Assembly (NCBI GenBank): GCA_963708075.1
Contig: OY970194.1
Span: forward strand, 1,472,001-1,536,000
DNA: 64,000 nt
DNA from: Sedimentisphaerales bacterium
GTDB lineage: Bacteria; Planctomycetota; Phycisphaerae; Sedimentisphaerales; Anaerobacaceae
Direction of reading: 5' to 3'
Shown here: positions 20,475-29,595 of the stretch, piece after piece
How the letters are laid out: every line of letters begins with the position of its first letter
Numbering within the stretch: position 1 is the first letter of the stretch
Notes under the pieces: model-generated
The model's input: the letters and a program-made list of their open reading frames with translations, nothing else
Databases searched by the model: none
What the model was told of the DNA's origin: nothing
Made by a program: the position numbers and the translations under genes

Positions 20475-22070
20475 ATGAGCGGTTTACTGGAAATCTTCGG
20501 CAGGGCGATCACGGTTGATGTATCGGATCTGATCTGGCACTGGCTCAACGAGCAGCGACAGGATCCCGAGGAGTCGGTGCGCAGCCGTCATCTGAACCAA
20601 ATTATCGACCTTATGGGCGAGAGCAGGCTGGAAGAAGCGAACGAGCAGTTGCGGCTGTACCTGTTCGAGAATCCTGCCTGCAATTTCGGCCGCATGGCCG
20701 CTGCCGCCATGTGCCTTCGGGAGTGCCGTCTCAAGGAGGCCATGGAGGAGCTCCAGTCCGTGTACATGCGCCAGCCCCACAACACCATGGCGCTGTATGT
20801 CCTGGGTCACTGCCTCGAACGGCTCGGGCATCAGGCACAGGCTGTCGAGTTCTACCAGGACTGCCTCAAATTCAAGGACTACCTGCAACTGCCCGCCCAG
20901 CGGCTTGGCGCCATCTATTTCAAGGAAGGCCGCCTCGATGAGGCCATCGACCAGTACGAGCCGATGAAGCGGCATTATCCCGACGATATCTCGACGCTGG
21001 TGACCCTGGGACATCTCTATATCGCCGCTCACCGCTACACCAAGGCAGTCGAGACGTTCAATACGGCGATTCTGATCCATCCCGACAACTTCATGTCGCA
21101 GGATGAGTCCATCGACGCTCTGATCGAAAATGGCGAGTTTCAGGAAGCCCTGGATCAGTTGGATGTCCTGCTGACGGACCAGCCGGAACGGCCCGAGCTG
21201 ATCGCCAAGCAGGCGGACATCCTGTCGATGCTAGGCAACACCAGCGACGCGATCACCCAGTACCAGCAGGCCCTGCGCCTCTGCCCGGATTTCCTCGAGG
21301 CGACGATCAAGCTGGGCACGAACTACCTGCGGATGCACGCCGAGCAGCTCGCCGCCCAGCAGTTCAACCGGGCCGTCGAAATCAACGACAAGATCGTCGA
21401 GGCCTACACGGGCCTGGCGGTGGCACAGAAACTGGCCGGCAAGGCTTCAGAGGCCATGCACACCCTTTCGCTGGCCTGCGCGATCCAGCCGAACAGCTCG
21501 TTCCTGTTCACCGAAACGGCCAAGCTCGTCCTCAAAGCGGCCCTGGAGGCGAACCTGCTCTCGGCGCCGGAGGATGGCCGGAGCATGGAACAGGTCGTCC
21601 TCGGCGCCCATGCGAGGCATCTTGAACAATCCCCGAACAATCCCGACCTGCATTACCGGCTGGGCATTCTGTGCATGAACGCCGGGCAATTGCAGCACGC
21701 CGTCGACTGCTTCAACGCCGCCTTGGAGATCAATCCGACCTTTGCCCGTGCCGCCACCAAGCTTGCCGTATGCCTCTTCGAGACCGGACACCAGGAAGAG
21801 GCCCTCGGCCTCATCATGCCTGCCGGCCAATACGATCCCCAGACCCTCGACCTGTACTATAAGACGGCCTTGCTCTATAGCAACCGCGTCAAGTTCGCGT
21901 CGTCCATCATTAACCTGCAGCGGCAGATCGAGCGCAATCTCGGCCCGGACACCGACCCAACCATGAACATCTCCATCATCCTGCAGAATCTCGGCCTGTC
22001 CGATACAGTCGGCGTGATGTGGGAGAACCTCTGCCAGACGGCTGGTCACGCGACCGCTCCAAACGTCTGA
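20475..22070 (+). CDS. Tetratricopeptide repeat protein
   Basis: Many TPR motifs (LGHCLERLG..QAVEFYQ; LGILCMNAG..HAVDCFNAALEINP). Confidence 0.9.
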   Translation: MSGLLEIFGRAITVDVSDLIWHWLNEQRQDPEESVRSRHLNQIIDLMGESRLEEANEQLRLYLFENPACNFGRMAAAAMCLRECRLKEAMEELQSVYMRQPHNTMALYVLGHCLERLGHQAQAVEFYQDCLKFKDYLQLPAQRLGAIYFKEGRLDEAIDQYEPMKRHYPDDISTLVTLGHLYIAAHRYTKAVETFNTAILIHPDNFMSQDESIDALIENGEFQEALDQLDVLLTDQPERPELIAKQADILSMLGNTSDAITQYQQALRLCPDFLEATIKLGTNYLRMHAEQLAAQQFNRAVEINDKIVEAYTGLAVAQKLAGKASEAMHTLSLACAIQPNSSFLFTETAKLVLKAALEANLLSAPEDGRSMEQVVLGAHARHLEQSPNNPDLHYRLGILCMNAGQLQHAVDCFNAALEINPTFARAATKLAVCLFETGHQEEALGLIMPAGQYDPQTLDLYYKTALLYSNRVKFASSIINLQRQIERNLGPDTDPTMNISIILQNLGLSDTVGVMWENLCQTAGHATAPNV

Positions 22071-22302
22071 GGGCAGGCAAAAACCCATCCAAAGGCCGAT
22101 TTGACGCTATTCTGCAAGGAATAGCCGAATGAAACATAACATATCTTATAGGACCTTCAAAATGGTGTGATTTCAGCGGTACGCCACCGGGCTTGCTCCT
22201 GAAATCCACCTCCCGTTGACAGTCTCCCACACTGGCTATTAGGATGGCAGACACATCGATAAAGCTCGCCATATGGTGCGCTAGTCCGCGGGAGAACCTG
22301 AG

Positions 22303-22857
22303 ATGAGTCCAAGTACACAGAGATTTGCGGTACGGTGGTCGTGGCTGACCTGGGTCGTCACTCTGGCGGTGAGTAACGTCGTTGCAGTTATCGCAATTTT
22401 GATCTTGCGGGCGGCGAGAGACGCCGGACCGCCTGGCGGCGTGCTCCGTGTATTGGTGACTGCGGCGGCGTTCATGCCTCTCGTCATTTTCGGGGTTTTG
22501 GCGTTCTTCGCACCGCGGGCATTCGAGGTCAATTCAGACGCCGTTGTGGTCAAGCGGCTCGGTAAGGATGTGGTCGTTCCGCTGGAGAGCATCCGCGAGA
22601 TTCGCCGGGTGGAATCCGGGGAGGCTCGTTTCATGTGGCGGCTTTGTGGGTGCGGCGGATTTCTCGGGTGGTTCGGCTTGTTCTACAGTCGCGCCCTGGG
22701 CGAGTTCTGGGCCTACGCGGGCAACCAGGAAGACTTGGTGCTTCTAACACAGACGGACGGCACGAAGATCGTGATCTCACCGTACCCCAGGGACGCTTTC
22801 CTTGAAGCCATTTGGGAAACCGAAGCCGGTCGTCGTCTGCGGCAGGACCGTCGGTAA
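22303..22857 (+). CDS. Two-TM bacterial PH-domain protein
   Basis: Two TM helices, then RLCGCGGFLGWFGLF and KIVISP; TTGACA-N18-TAGGAT at 22216-22245. Confidence 0.75.
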   Translation: MSPSTQRFAVRWSWLTWVVTLAVSNVVAVIAILILRAARDAGPPGGVLRVLVTAAAFMPLVIFGVLAFFAPRAFEVNSDAVVVKRLGKDVVVPLESIREIRRVESGEARFMWRLCGCGGFLGWFGLFYSRALGEFWAYAGNQEDLVLLTQTDGTKIVISPYPRDAFLEAIWETEAGRRLRQDRR

Positions 22858-23114
22858 GCGTTCCGGCTTTAACGCCTGGCTGCGTCCGGCCTCGTCAAGA
22901 TGCAATACGACGAGATGAGGCCATCCCCAATGCCGGCGGGTCCGACACTGGCGCCCGTCGGTGTGCGTATTTGCGATCCATGTGCACGGTCCGATAATAT
23001 GCGACTGGCAGGGGGCTTAGATTCGACGATTAACCCGGGTAACGGGCACCCCTACTCACCAGTTCCTCCCCCGCGGCAAACGCACACCACGAGGAAAGCA
23101 GGTCGGAGGCTGCC

Positions 23115-23807
23115 TCAGAATATGGTGGACTGCTCCGACGGGTCTCGCAGGCCGATGGGCTTGCCGAGAATTTCATAATGGAGGATGGCTTTCCTGAGAG
23201 CGTCGGGGTCGCTGGGGTCGATGACCGAGGCGGGATCATAGCCGGCCACGGCCTCACGTTGAACCTCGAGACCCTCCGTGCCTGCCTCGATGGGCTGTAG
23301 TGGACCGAGTGCCACACCTGCCAGGTCGCCGGTCACTGGTGCGAAGTCAGGCATAGTTACTTCGCGTCTCGGTTCAGCCGGCGTCATCGCGGCTTTGCGT
23401 CCCGCAGCGGAGTCCGGCGCTGACTCGGTCCGCTCATAGACCATGACTGACTCACCGCCCTTGCCGGAACGAACGGTGATTTTGCCGGGCGGACGCTCCT
23501 GCACCTGCTCTCGCTGGCGGGCCCTTTCCTCCAGCCGCTGCCGCATGCGCTCCGCGTCTTCACCGCTGCGTCCCTCCATGGCCCGTTGCAGTTCCTCCGC
23601 CTTTCGTGCCAGCCGCTGTTGCCACGACTCACGTTGCTGCCCAGCCGGACCGCCCACTTGAGTCTGCGATGACTTTCTCTTGCCGGCGGCCTTGATCAAC
23701 GATGCAAACAGCCAGAGAACCGCCATGACAACGAGGATCAGGAAATTGACCATCTCGTCCGAGTCGATCTGGGCGACGATATGCAATTGTGCTAACAGAG
23801 AGTTCAC
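23115..23807 (-). CDS. Membrane-anchored coiled-coil protein (YqfB-like position in floA operon)
   Basis: N-terminal TM, coiled coil, C-terminal LRKAILHYEILGKPIGLR motif. Confidence 0.7.
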   Translation of the reverse strand: MNSLLAQLHIVAQIDSDEMVNFLILVVMAVLWLFASLIKAAGKRKSSQTQVGGPAGQQRESWQQRLARKAEELQRAMEGRSGEDAERMRQRLEERARQREQVQERPPGKITVRSGKGGESVMVYERTESAPDSAAGRKAAMTPAEPRREVTMPDFAPVTGDLAGVALGPLQPIEAGTEGLEVQREAVAGYDPASVIDPSDPDALRKAILHYEILGKPIGLRDPSEQSTIF

Positions 23808-23845
23808 GGGTCACTCATCTCCTTCTCGTCGCGTGTGGCGCACGC

Positions 23846-23950
23846 TTGTCATCCTGAGCCGCAGGCGAAGGATCTGGGCGGCAAATAGGACATTTCAACA
23901 CGTACACAAGCCCGATCCTTCACGCCGCTGCGCTCCGTTCAGGATGACAA
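23846..23950. repeat. REP-like doublet
   Basis: TTGTCATCCTGAGCCGCAGGCGAAGGATC ... GATCCTTCACGCCGCTGCGCTCCGTTCAGGATGACAA. Confidence 0.82.
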
Positions 23951-23996
23951 ATCTGACACACGGACTCACATAGAGAACTACTCAGCCTGCGGGCGG

Positions 23997-25001
23997 TTAC
24001 TCCGTCTTCTTCGGCTTTGCGATGGACTCTCGCATCTGGGTGTCGGCCCCGATATTCTTGAGCCGATAGTAATCCATGATGCCCAGATTGCCCGCGCGGA
24101 AGGCCTCGGAGATAGCCAGGGGCACCTTGGCCTCATTCTCGACGACCAGCGCCCGCATTTCCTGCTCGCGTGCGACGGCCATGGCTCGCCGTTTCTCCGC
24201 CTCGGCCTTAGCCCGCCGCATGTCGGCCTCCGCCTGCGCCACCTGAAGCTGGGCGCCGACGTTCTCACCGACGTCCACGTCGGCAATGTCGATCGAAAGA
24301 ATCTCGAACGCCGTACCGGCATCCAGACCCTTGCCCAGCACGGACTTGGAAATCCTATCCGGGTTTTCCAGCACCTGCTTGTACGTGACCGAGCTGCCGA
24401 TGGTCGTTACGATGCCCTCGCCGACGCGTGCGATAATCGTCTCCTCCGTAGCACCGCCAACCAGCCTCTGGATATTCGTCCGGACGGTCACGCGGGCCTT
24501 GGCCCGGAGCTGAATGCCGTCCTGAGCCACGGCGTCCACGGTTTCCTTGCCTTTTTTCGGGTCGGGACAGTCAATCACTTTTGGATTCACGCTGGTCTGG
24601 ATGGCGTCGAGGATATCACGTCCGGCCAGGTCGATGGCGGTTGCTGTCTTCAACGGCAGGTTGATGTTGGCGCGGTCGGCCGCAATCAGCGCCCGCACCA
24701 CGTTCGGCACGCGGCCCCCGGCCAAGTAGTGACTTTCCAGGTCCTGCGTCGTCAACTGCAGGCCGGCCTGCACCGCCGTGATCTTGCTCAGCACGATCGT
24801 CCTGCGGTCCACCTTGCGAAGCCACATGCCGACCAGCTCGGACAGCCTGACGTCGGCCCGAGAGAAATACGCCTGCAGCCACAATCGGGCAAACCCGATC
24901 ACGACCAGCCCGACAACCAGCAAAACGATCAGGAAGAGGATTCCCAGCCCGACGATCAGCGGATTGCCTCCCTGCAGCAACACTCCTGTTAAACCTAACA
25001 T
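23997..25001 (-). CDS. floA: Flotillin-like protein FloA (YqfA/UPF0365)
   Basis: [61 protein letters not shown]. Confidence 0.95.
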   Translation of the reverse strand: MLGLTGVLLQGGNPLIVGLGILFLIVLLVVGLVVIGFARLWLQAYFSRADVRLSELVGMWLRKVDRRTIVLSKITAVQAGLQLTTQDLESHYLAGGRVPNVVRALIAADRANINLPLKTATAIDLAGRDILDAIQTSVNPKVIDCPDPKKGKETVDAVAQDGIQLRAKARVTVRTNIQRLVGGATEETIIARVGEGIVTTIGSSVTYKQVLENPDRISKSVLGKGLDAGTAFEILSIDIADVDVGENVGAQLQVAQAEADMRRAKAEAEKRRAMAVAREQEMRALVVENEAKVPLAISEAFRAGNLGIMDYYRLKNIGADTQMRESIAKPKKTE

Positions 25002-25016
25002 TGTTCAGTCCTTTCA

Positions 25017-25511
25017 CTAAGCCTCGTCTACAACCCGTACAGTCACCTGCATATCCTCGACGCGGATTACTTTGACTACTTTGTCCTTCTCTACATATCC
25101 GCCTTCGGCCACGCATTCAACTCTTCGTCCGTCGAAACTGCACATTCCGACGGGGCGCATCGTCGTCAGTACCCGGCCTGTCCGGCCAAGGAGCTCCTTC
25201 ATCTCGGCCGTATCCAGGATGGCATCGCCACGCTCACGCACCGGTGGCGCCAGAAGCGCCCGCCGTCCAAACCGCGTCCTCGGGAAAACCTTGTACGCGA
25301 CGGCTACGATGGAAGGCACCATGATCAACCCGGCGATGAGGCCGATCCATCCCGCCGCGGCGCTGTGGTGAAAGAAGATCCACACCCCGCCCACCAGACA
25401 CGTCAGCGCACAGATGCTCAACAGCCCGGCGCTTGGGACAAACACCTCTGCAATGATCAGTCCCGCACAGGCTATATAGAGGAAAACAGCGAGTAGCAGC
25501 CACCAGTCCAC
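25017..25511 (-). CDS. Short NfeD family protein
   Basis: Three TM helices with IAEVFVPSAG; OB-fold TTMRPVGM. Confidence 0.88.
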   Translation of the reverse strand: MDWWLLLAVFLYIACAGLIIAEVFVPSAGLLSICALTCLVGGVWIFFHHSAAAGWIGLIAGLIMVPSIVAVAYKVFPRTRFGRRALLAPPVRERGDAILDTAEMKELLGRTGRVLTTMRPVGMCSFDGRRVECVAEGGYVEKDKVVKVIRVEDMQVTVRVVDEA

Positions 25512-25576
25512 AGACGCATCCTTTGCATAATCAAGCCAAATATCCCTACATCAACCACACTACCCCCCTATCTACT

Positions 25577-27136
25577 CTACGTTTCGTCGCCCGATTGGGC
25601 CTTTTTGACGACGACCCGGCTGCCATGAATTTCGATAATCTGGACCTCCGTCCCCCTGCCGAGGAAGTCCCCGGCGGCCACGACGTCCACGATGGCGTCG
25701 CCGAAGCGGGCCTTGCCTGCCGGCCGCAGGGTTGAGAGCACCTCGCCGATATCGCCAACCTGTACGCCCATGGAGGCGCTTTCCGGCGGGCTCGTCATGC
25801 TGATTCGTGCTCCGCTCCTGCCGGTAGCTGCTACGGCAGGCGAGAGAATCAGCCCGCTCAGGAACGGAATTTTGGGCAGGTATCGCGAGAGCAACCACGC
25901 TAGAACCACAAACCCCGCGAATCCGGCCGCCAGCCCGATTATGCCGGAGGATAGGCTCTGCCAATCCCCTACCGTGTCCGGCCAGGGAATCTCGTCCGGC
26001 GCGTTGCGGATCAGCATCCCGAACAAACCGATCACCACGCAAATGATGCCGAGGAACCCCGCCACTCCGAACCCCGGTAGCACGAAGATCTCCACCAGCA
26101 GCAGCCCAAGCCCGATGAATAGCAGAATGATCTCCACCCAGTTCGCCATCCCGACGAGGTACTTGCTGCCCAGGATCAGGGCAAAGCAGACGACCGCCAC
26201 CAGCCCCGGAAGTCCGAACCCCGGCGTGCTGAACTCAATGTACGCTCCCAGCAGAGCCAGCATGAACAGGATGCCCATCACGATGGGCGAGTTGAGCCAA
26301 CTGACCATCAGCTCCGACCAACTCGGCTCGAGCACCTTCGGCGCCTCGACGAAGACCACATTATCCCGTTTCTCGAGGAAGACCAGCGCTCCATTCAGGT
26401 CTTTCACAACTGCCCTGGCGACGCCGTATTCCAGGGCCCGCGTCGCGGTCAACGTCAACAGCTCGTCGCTGCCGTTGATCATCTCGGCCTTTTCCACCTC
26501 GTACTGGTTCGGGTCCTTGGGCAGGCCGTCCTTTTCGAAGAACTCGTACTGCCCTGTCTTCAGGTTCAGCACGCGGTAGACCTCGATCTGCATGCTGACC
26601 ATGGCCTTGAGGAGCAGCGCGGGGTAGCCGTTGGCCTCCGCCGCCCGCTGGAACGCTGCCCGGACGAAACTCTCCGCCTTCTCCCGCTCGACGCCCTCCA
26701 GCTTGCCGCCCATCGTGATCGGCGCCGCATCGCCGATGGTCGTATTCTCCAGCATGATGACGTCCTGGCAGGAGACGCCGATCAGGGCCCCGGCGGAGAT
26801 CGCCTCAGTGGTGACATACGCAATGGTATGACCGCGGGGAGCGACTTGCTGGATCAGGTATTTTGCGATCGAATCCGCGGCGTCGACCATCCCGCCATAG
26901 GTTTCGATCTGATATACGAGGTAATCCGCCCCCGCTCTCAGGGCGATCTCGCTGCGTCGTTTCATCGAGTAGAACAGGGCCTGATCAATCATGCCCTTGC
27001 ATGGAATCACCACCGCCTTGGCGTCTCGCGCTGGACGGGTCGGGGCATCCGACGTATTCAGGCCGGCGGCTCTCACCCACCCCCAGGCGGCCAAGCCCAA
27101 AACGACGACAAAGATCACTCGCAATGCCTTCTTCAT
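25577..27136 (-). CDS. nfeD: Long NfeD/YqeZ protein (ClpP-like protease domain, TM region, OB fold)
   Basis: IETYGG, AISAGALI, IGDAAP, REK; EFSTPGFG; STLRPAGKA. Confidence 0.9.
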   Translation of the reverse strand: MKKALRVIFVVVLGLAAWGWVRAAGLNTSDAPTRPARDAKAVVIPCKGMIDQALFYSMKRRSEIALRAGADYLVYQIETYGGMVDAADSIAKYLIQQVAPRGHTIAYVTTEAISAGALIGVSCQDVIMLENTTIGDAAPITMGGKLEGVEREKAESFVRAAFQRAAEANGYPALLLKAMVSMQIEVYRVLNLKTGQYEFFEKDGLPKDPNQYEVEKAEMINGSDELLTLTATRALEYGVARAVVKDLNGALVFLEKRDNVVFVEAPKVLEPSWSELMVSWLNSPIVMGILFMLALLGAYIEFSTPGFGLPGLVAVVCFALILGSKYLVGMANWVEIILLFIGLGLLLVEIFVLPGFGVAGFLGIICVVIGLFGMLIRNAPDEIPWPDTVGDWQSLSSGIIGLAAGFAGFVVLAWLLSRYLPKIPFLSGLILSPAVAATGRSGARISMTSPPESASMGVQVGDIGEVLSTLRPAGKARFGDAIVDVVAAGDFLGRGTEVQIIEIHGSRVVVKKAQSGDET

Positions 27137-27321
27137 GGCCACGATTCTACTGCCCCGCCACATCCTTGGCAATAAAATGCCACTTCTTGTGCCGCCGGCG
27201 CCCTGGTATAATATTGTCATGATCGGCCTTGCGCAGGGCTAAACTTCTTCGTCCCCGACGCGTATAATAGGCCAACGCTCTTCGCACGTGCGTGATTCAA
27301 CGAAGGTTTGATGGAGTCTAT

Positions 27322-27741
27322 ATGGCTGGGCATCTGCAGTATATCGCGTTCATCTCCATGCCGGGCACCGGTGAATGGATGGTGATCCTTTTCATTGGCC
27401 TGCTTATCTTCGGCAGACGCCTGCCCGAGGTCGCACGCAATCTCGGAAAGACCGTCAACGAGTTCAAGAGGGGCCTGCGCGACTTCCAGGAGAGCGCCGA
27501 TGAGGTCGTCAGCGACGTCAATAAAATCAAGAGCGATGTCGTGAACGACGTTGCCGCGGAGGTCAAAGAGGCTTCCGGCGTGGACGGCACCTACGACGAT
27601 TCGCATGGCTACCAATACAGCGAGGGCGAAACCGTCAGCGACGCCGGCAAGACCGAGAGCGAGACTGTAACCGAACCCACGGAAACCGCCGGCCCGAGCG
27701 ACCAGAACTCCGGCGTTGAGAACATCGAGCCGATGAAATAG
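27322..27741 (+). CDS. tatA: Twin-arginine translocase TatA/E subunit
   Basis: GEWMVILFIGLLIFGRRLPEVARNLGKTVNEFKRG; GGAG RBS. Confidence 0.92.
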   Translation: MAGHLQYIAFISMPGTGEWMVILFIGLLIFGRRLPEVARNLGKTVNEFKRGLRDFQESADEVVSDVNKIKSDVVNDVAAEVKEASGVDGTYDDSHGYQYSEGETVSDAGKTESETVTEPTETAGPSDQNSGVENIEPMK

Positions 27742-27756
27742 CCCGCGATTCTCCCG

Positions 27757-28512
27757 CTACTTCATTTTGCGGATGCGGACCTCGGTATCCTTCGTGTCTT
27801 TCAGCAGATTGACCAGCTCGTTCGGGTCCGTGTCACCATAGTGGTACGGGTAGAGGACTTTCGGCTTGAATGCCCTGGCCGCATCAGCCACCATCGCCGG
27901 CGTCATCGTGTAGGGCAGATTCATCGGCAGGAAGGCGATGTCGATCTTTTCAAGCTTCTTCATTTCCGGCGTGTTCTCCGTGTCCCCCGCCACATACACC
28001 CGCGTCTCGCCAAATGTCACGATATAGCCGTTGCCGACGCCCTTGGGGTGGAACGGCTGCCGGTCCGGCCGCTTCTGCACGATATTGTATGCCGGAATCG
28101 CCTCAACCTTGAGACCCTGGACCGTCTGCACGTCGCCATTCTTCATCACGATCCCGTCCGGCACCTTGTCCGCACACGCCTTGGTCACCACCACCTTCGT
28201 GTTCTCGCCGCGAACTGCGCTCACAGCCTTCGGGTCCAGATGGTCCTGATGCTCGTGCGTGATCAGCACGAGGTCGGCTTTCGGCAGCTTCGTGTAATCC
28301 GCCAGCCGCGTCCACGGGTCCACGTGCACCACCTTGCCGCCATAATCGAACATCAGTGTCGCATGCCCGATGAACGTGATCTTCAACTCCCCTGTCTTCG
28401 TCGCAATGGTGTCTATCTCGAACATCTTCTCCCCCTGTCCTCTTTCTGCCGCTCCTGCAGCAACGATCAACAGCGCCGCCACAATTCCGAATGCCGCTAT
28501 CTTTTTCATCAT
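27757..28512 (-). CDS. Exported metallo-beta-lactamase-fold hydrolase
   Basis: Signal peptide; THEHQDH, YVAGDT, PYHY. Confidence 0.92.
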   Translation of the reverse strand: MMKKIAAFGIVAALLIVAAGAAERGQGEKMFEIDTIATKTGELKITFIGHATLMFDYGGKVVHVDPWTRLADYTKLPKADLVLITHEHQDHLDPKAVSAVRGENTKVVVTKACADKVPDGIVMKNGDVQTVQGLKVEAIPAYNIVQKRPDRQPFHPKGVGNGYIVTFGETRVYVAGDTENTPEMKKLEKIDIAFLPMNLPYTMTPAMVADAARAFKPKVLYPYHYGDTDPNELVNLLKDTKDTEVRIRKMK

Positions 28513-28715
28513 AAACTCCTTTCGATGTCCCCCAGAATCGAATCCACGGATATTTCCTATATCCTAAGCCCGGAGCCGAGGATCGGCAATAGGTTTGCCG
28601 ATTTTGACGCGCCTGTCGCACATTCACGCGGAGGATGTGCTGGCATCCGGGCAGTTCGCGTTGTAGCATAGCGACCATGATGCACAAGGGCCCAGTTTTT
28701 GAAAGGAACACTGTG

Positions 28716-29579
28716 GTGAAGGGACAAAGCCTGTCGTTGTGTCTTCTGCTTTTGGTCGTGGCGATTGCCGGATGCAATGCGGTCAACTCTTCGACAACGG
28801 AGGCTGCGCCGGAGGGCTATGTCCTCGCTTGGGCCGATGAGTTCAACAAGCCCGGCCCGCCGGATCCGACCAACTGGACCTTTGAGCGAGGCTTCGTGCG
28901 CAACGAGGAACTGCAATGGTACCAGCCGGAGAACGCGTCATGCAAGGACGGGATGCTGGTGATCGAGGCCCGGCGCGAGCGCCTGACGAATCCTTCCTAT
29001 GACCCGAACAATCGTAGCTGGAGACGCAGCAGGCAATATGCCGAATACACATCGGCTTGTCTCATCACGAAGGGACTGCACAACTGGACCTATGGGCGTT
29101 TCGAGATGCGAGGGCGGATCGACACGCGGCCGGGGATGTGGCCCGCCTTTTGGACACTCGGCTCGGCTCGTTCCTGGCCCGGCTGCGGTGAAATCGACAT
29201 CATGGAGTACTACCGTGGGATGCTGCTGGCCAACGCCTGCTGGGCCGGCCAAAGAAGAGGCGCAACGGTCTGGGACGATCTCAAGAAGCCAATCACCGAG
29301 TTCGCCGATCCAAATTGGTCGTCCAAGTTCCACACCTGGCGGATGGACTGGGACCAGAACCAGATCCAGCTCTACGTCGATGGCGAGCTTCTGAACAGCA
29401 TCGATTTGACCAGGACCATCAATGGGACTGGGGACAAAGCCAACCCCTTCCACGAGCCGCACTACATCCTGCTCAATCTCGCCATCGGCGGCGCCAACGG
29501 CGGCGACCCGTCCCAAACCCCCTTCCCCGCCCGTTTCGAAATCGACTACGTCCGCGTTTATCAGAAGCTGTCCCAGTGA
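28716..29579 (+). CDS. Glycoside hydrolase family 16 lipoprotein (beta-glucanase-like)
   Basis: Lipobox IAGC; WADEF, NEELQWY, YGRFE, WPAFW, catalytic EIDIME. Confidence 0.93.
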   Translation: MKGQSLSLCLLLLVVAIAGCNAVNSSTTEAAPEGYVLAWADEFNKPGPPDPTNWTFERGFVRNEELQWYQPENASCKDGMLVIEARRERLTNPSYDPNNRSWRRSRQYAEYTSACLITKGLHNWTYGRFEMRGRIDTRPGMWPAFWTLGSARSWPGCGEIDIMEYYRGMLLANACWAGQRRGATVWDDLKKPITEFADPNWSSKFHTWRMDWDQNQIQLYVDGELLNSIDLTRTINGTGDKANPFHEPHYILLNLAIGGANGGDPSQTPFPARFEIDYVRVYQKLSQ

Positions 29580-29595
29580 CGGAGCCGGTCACGCC

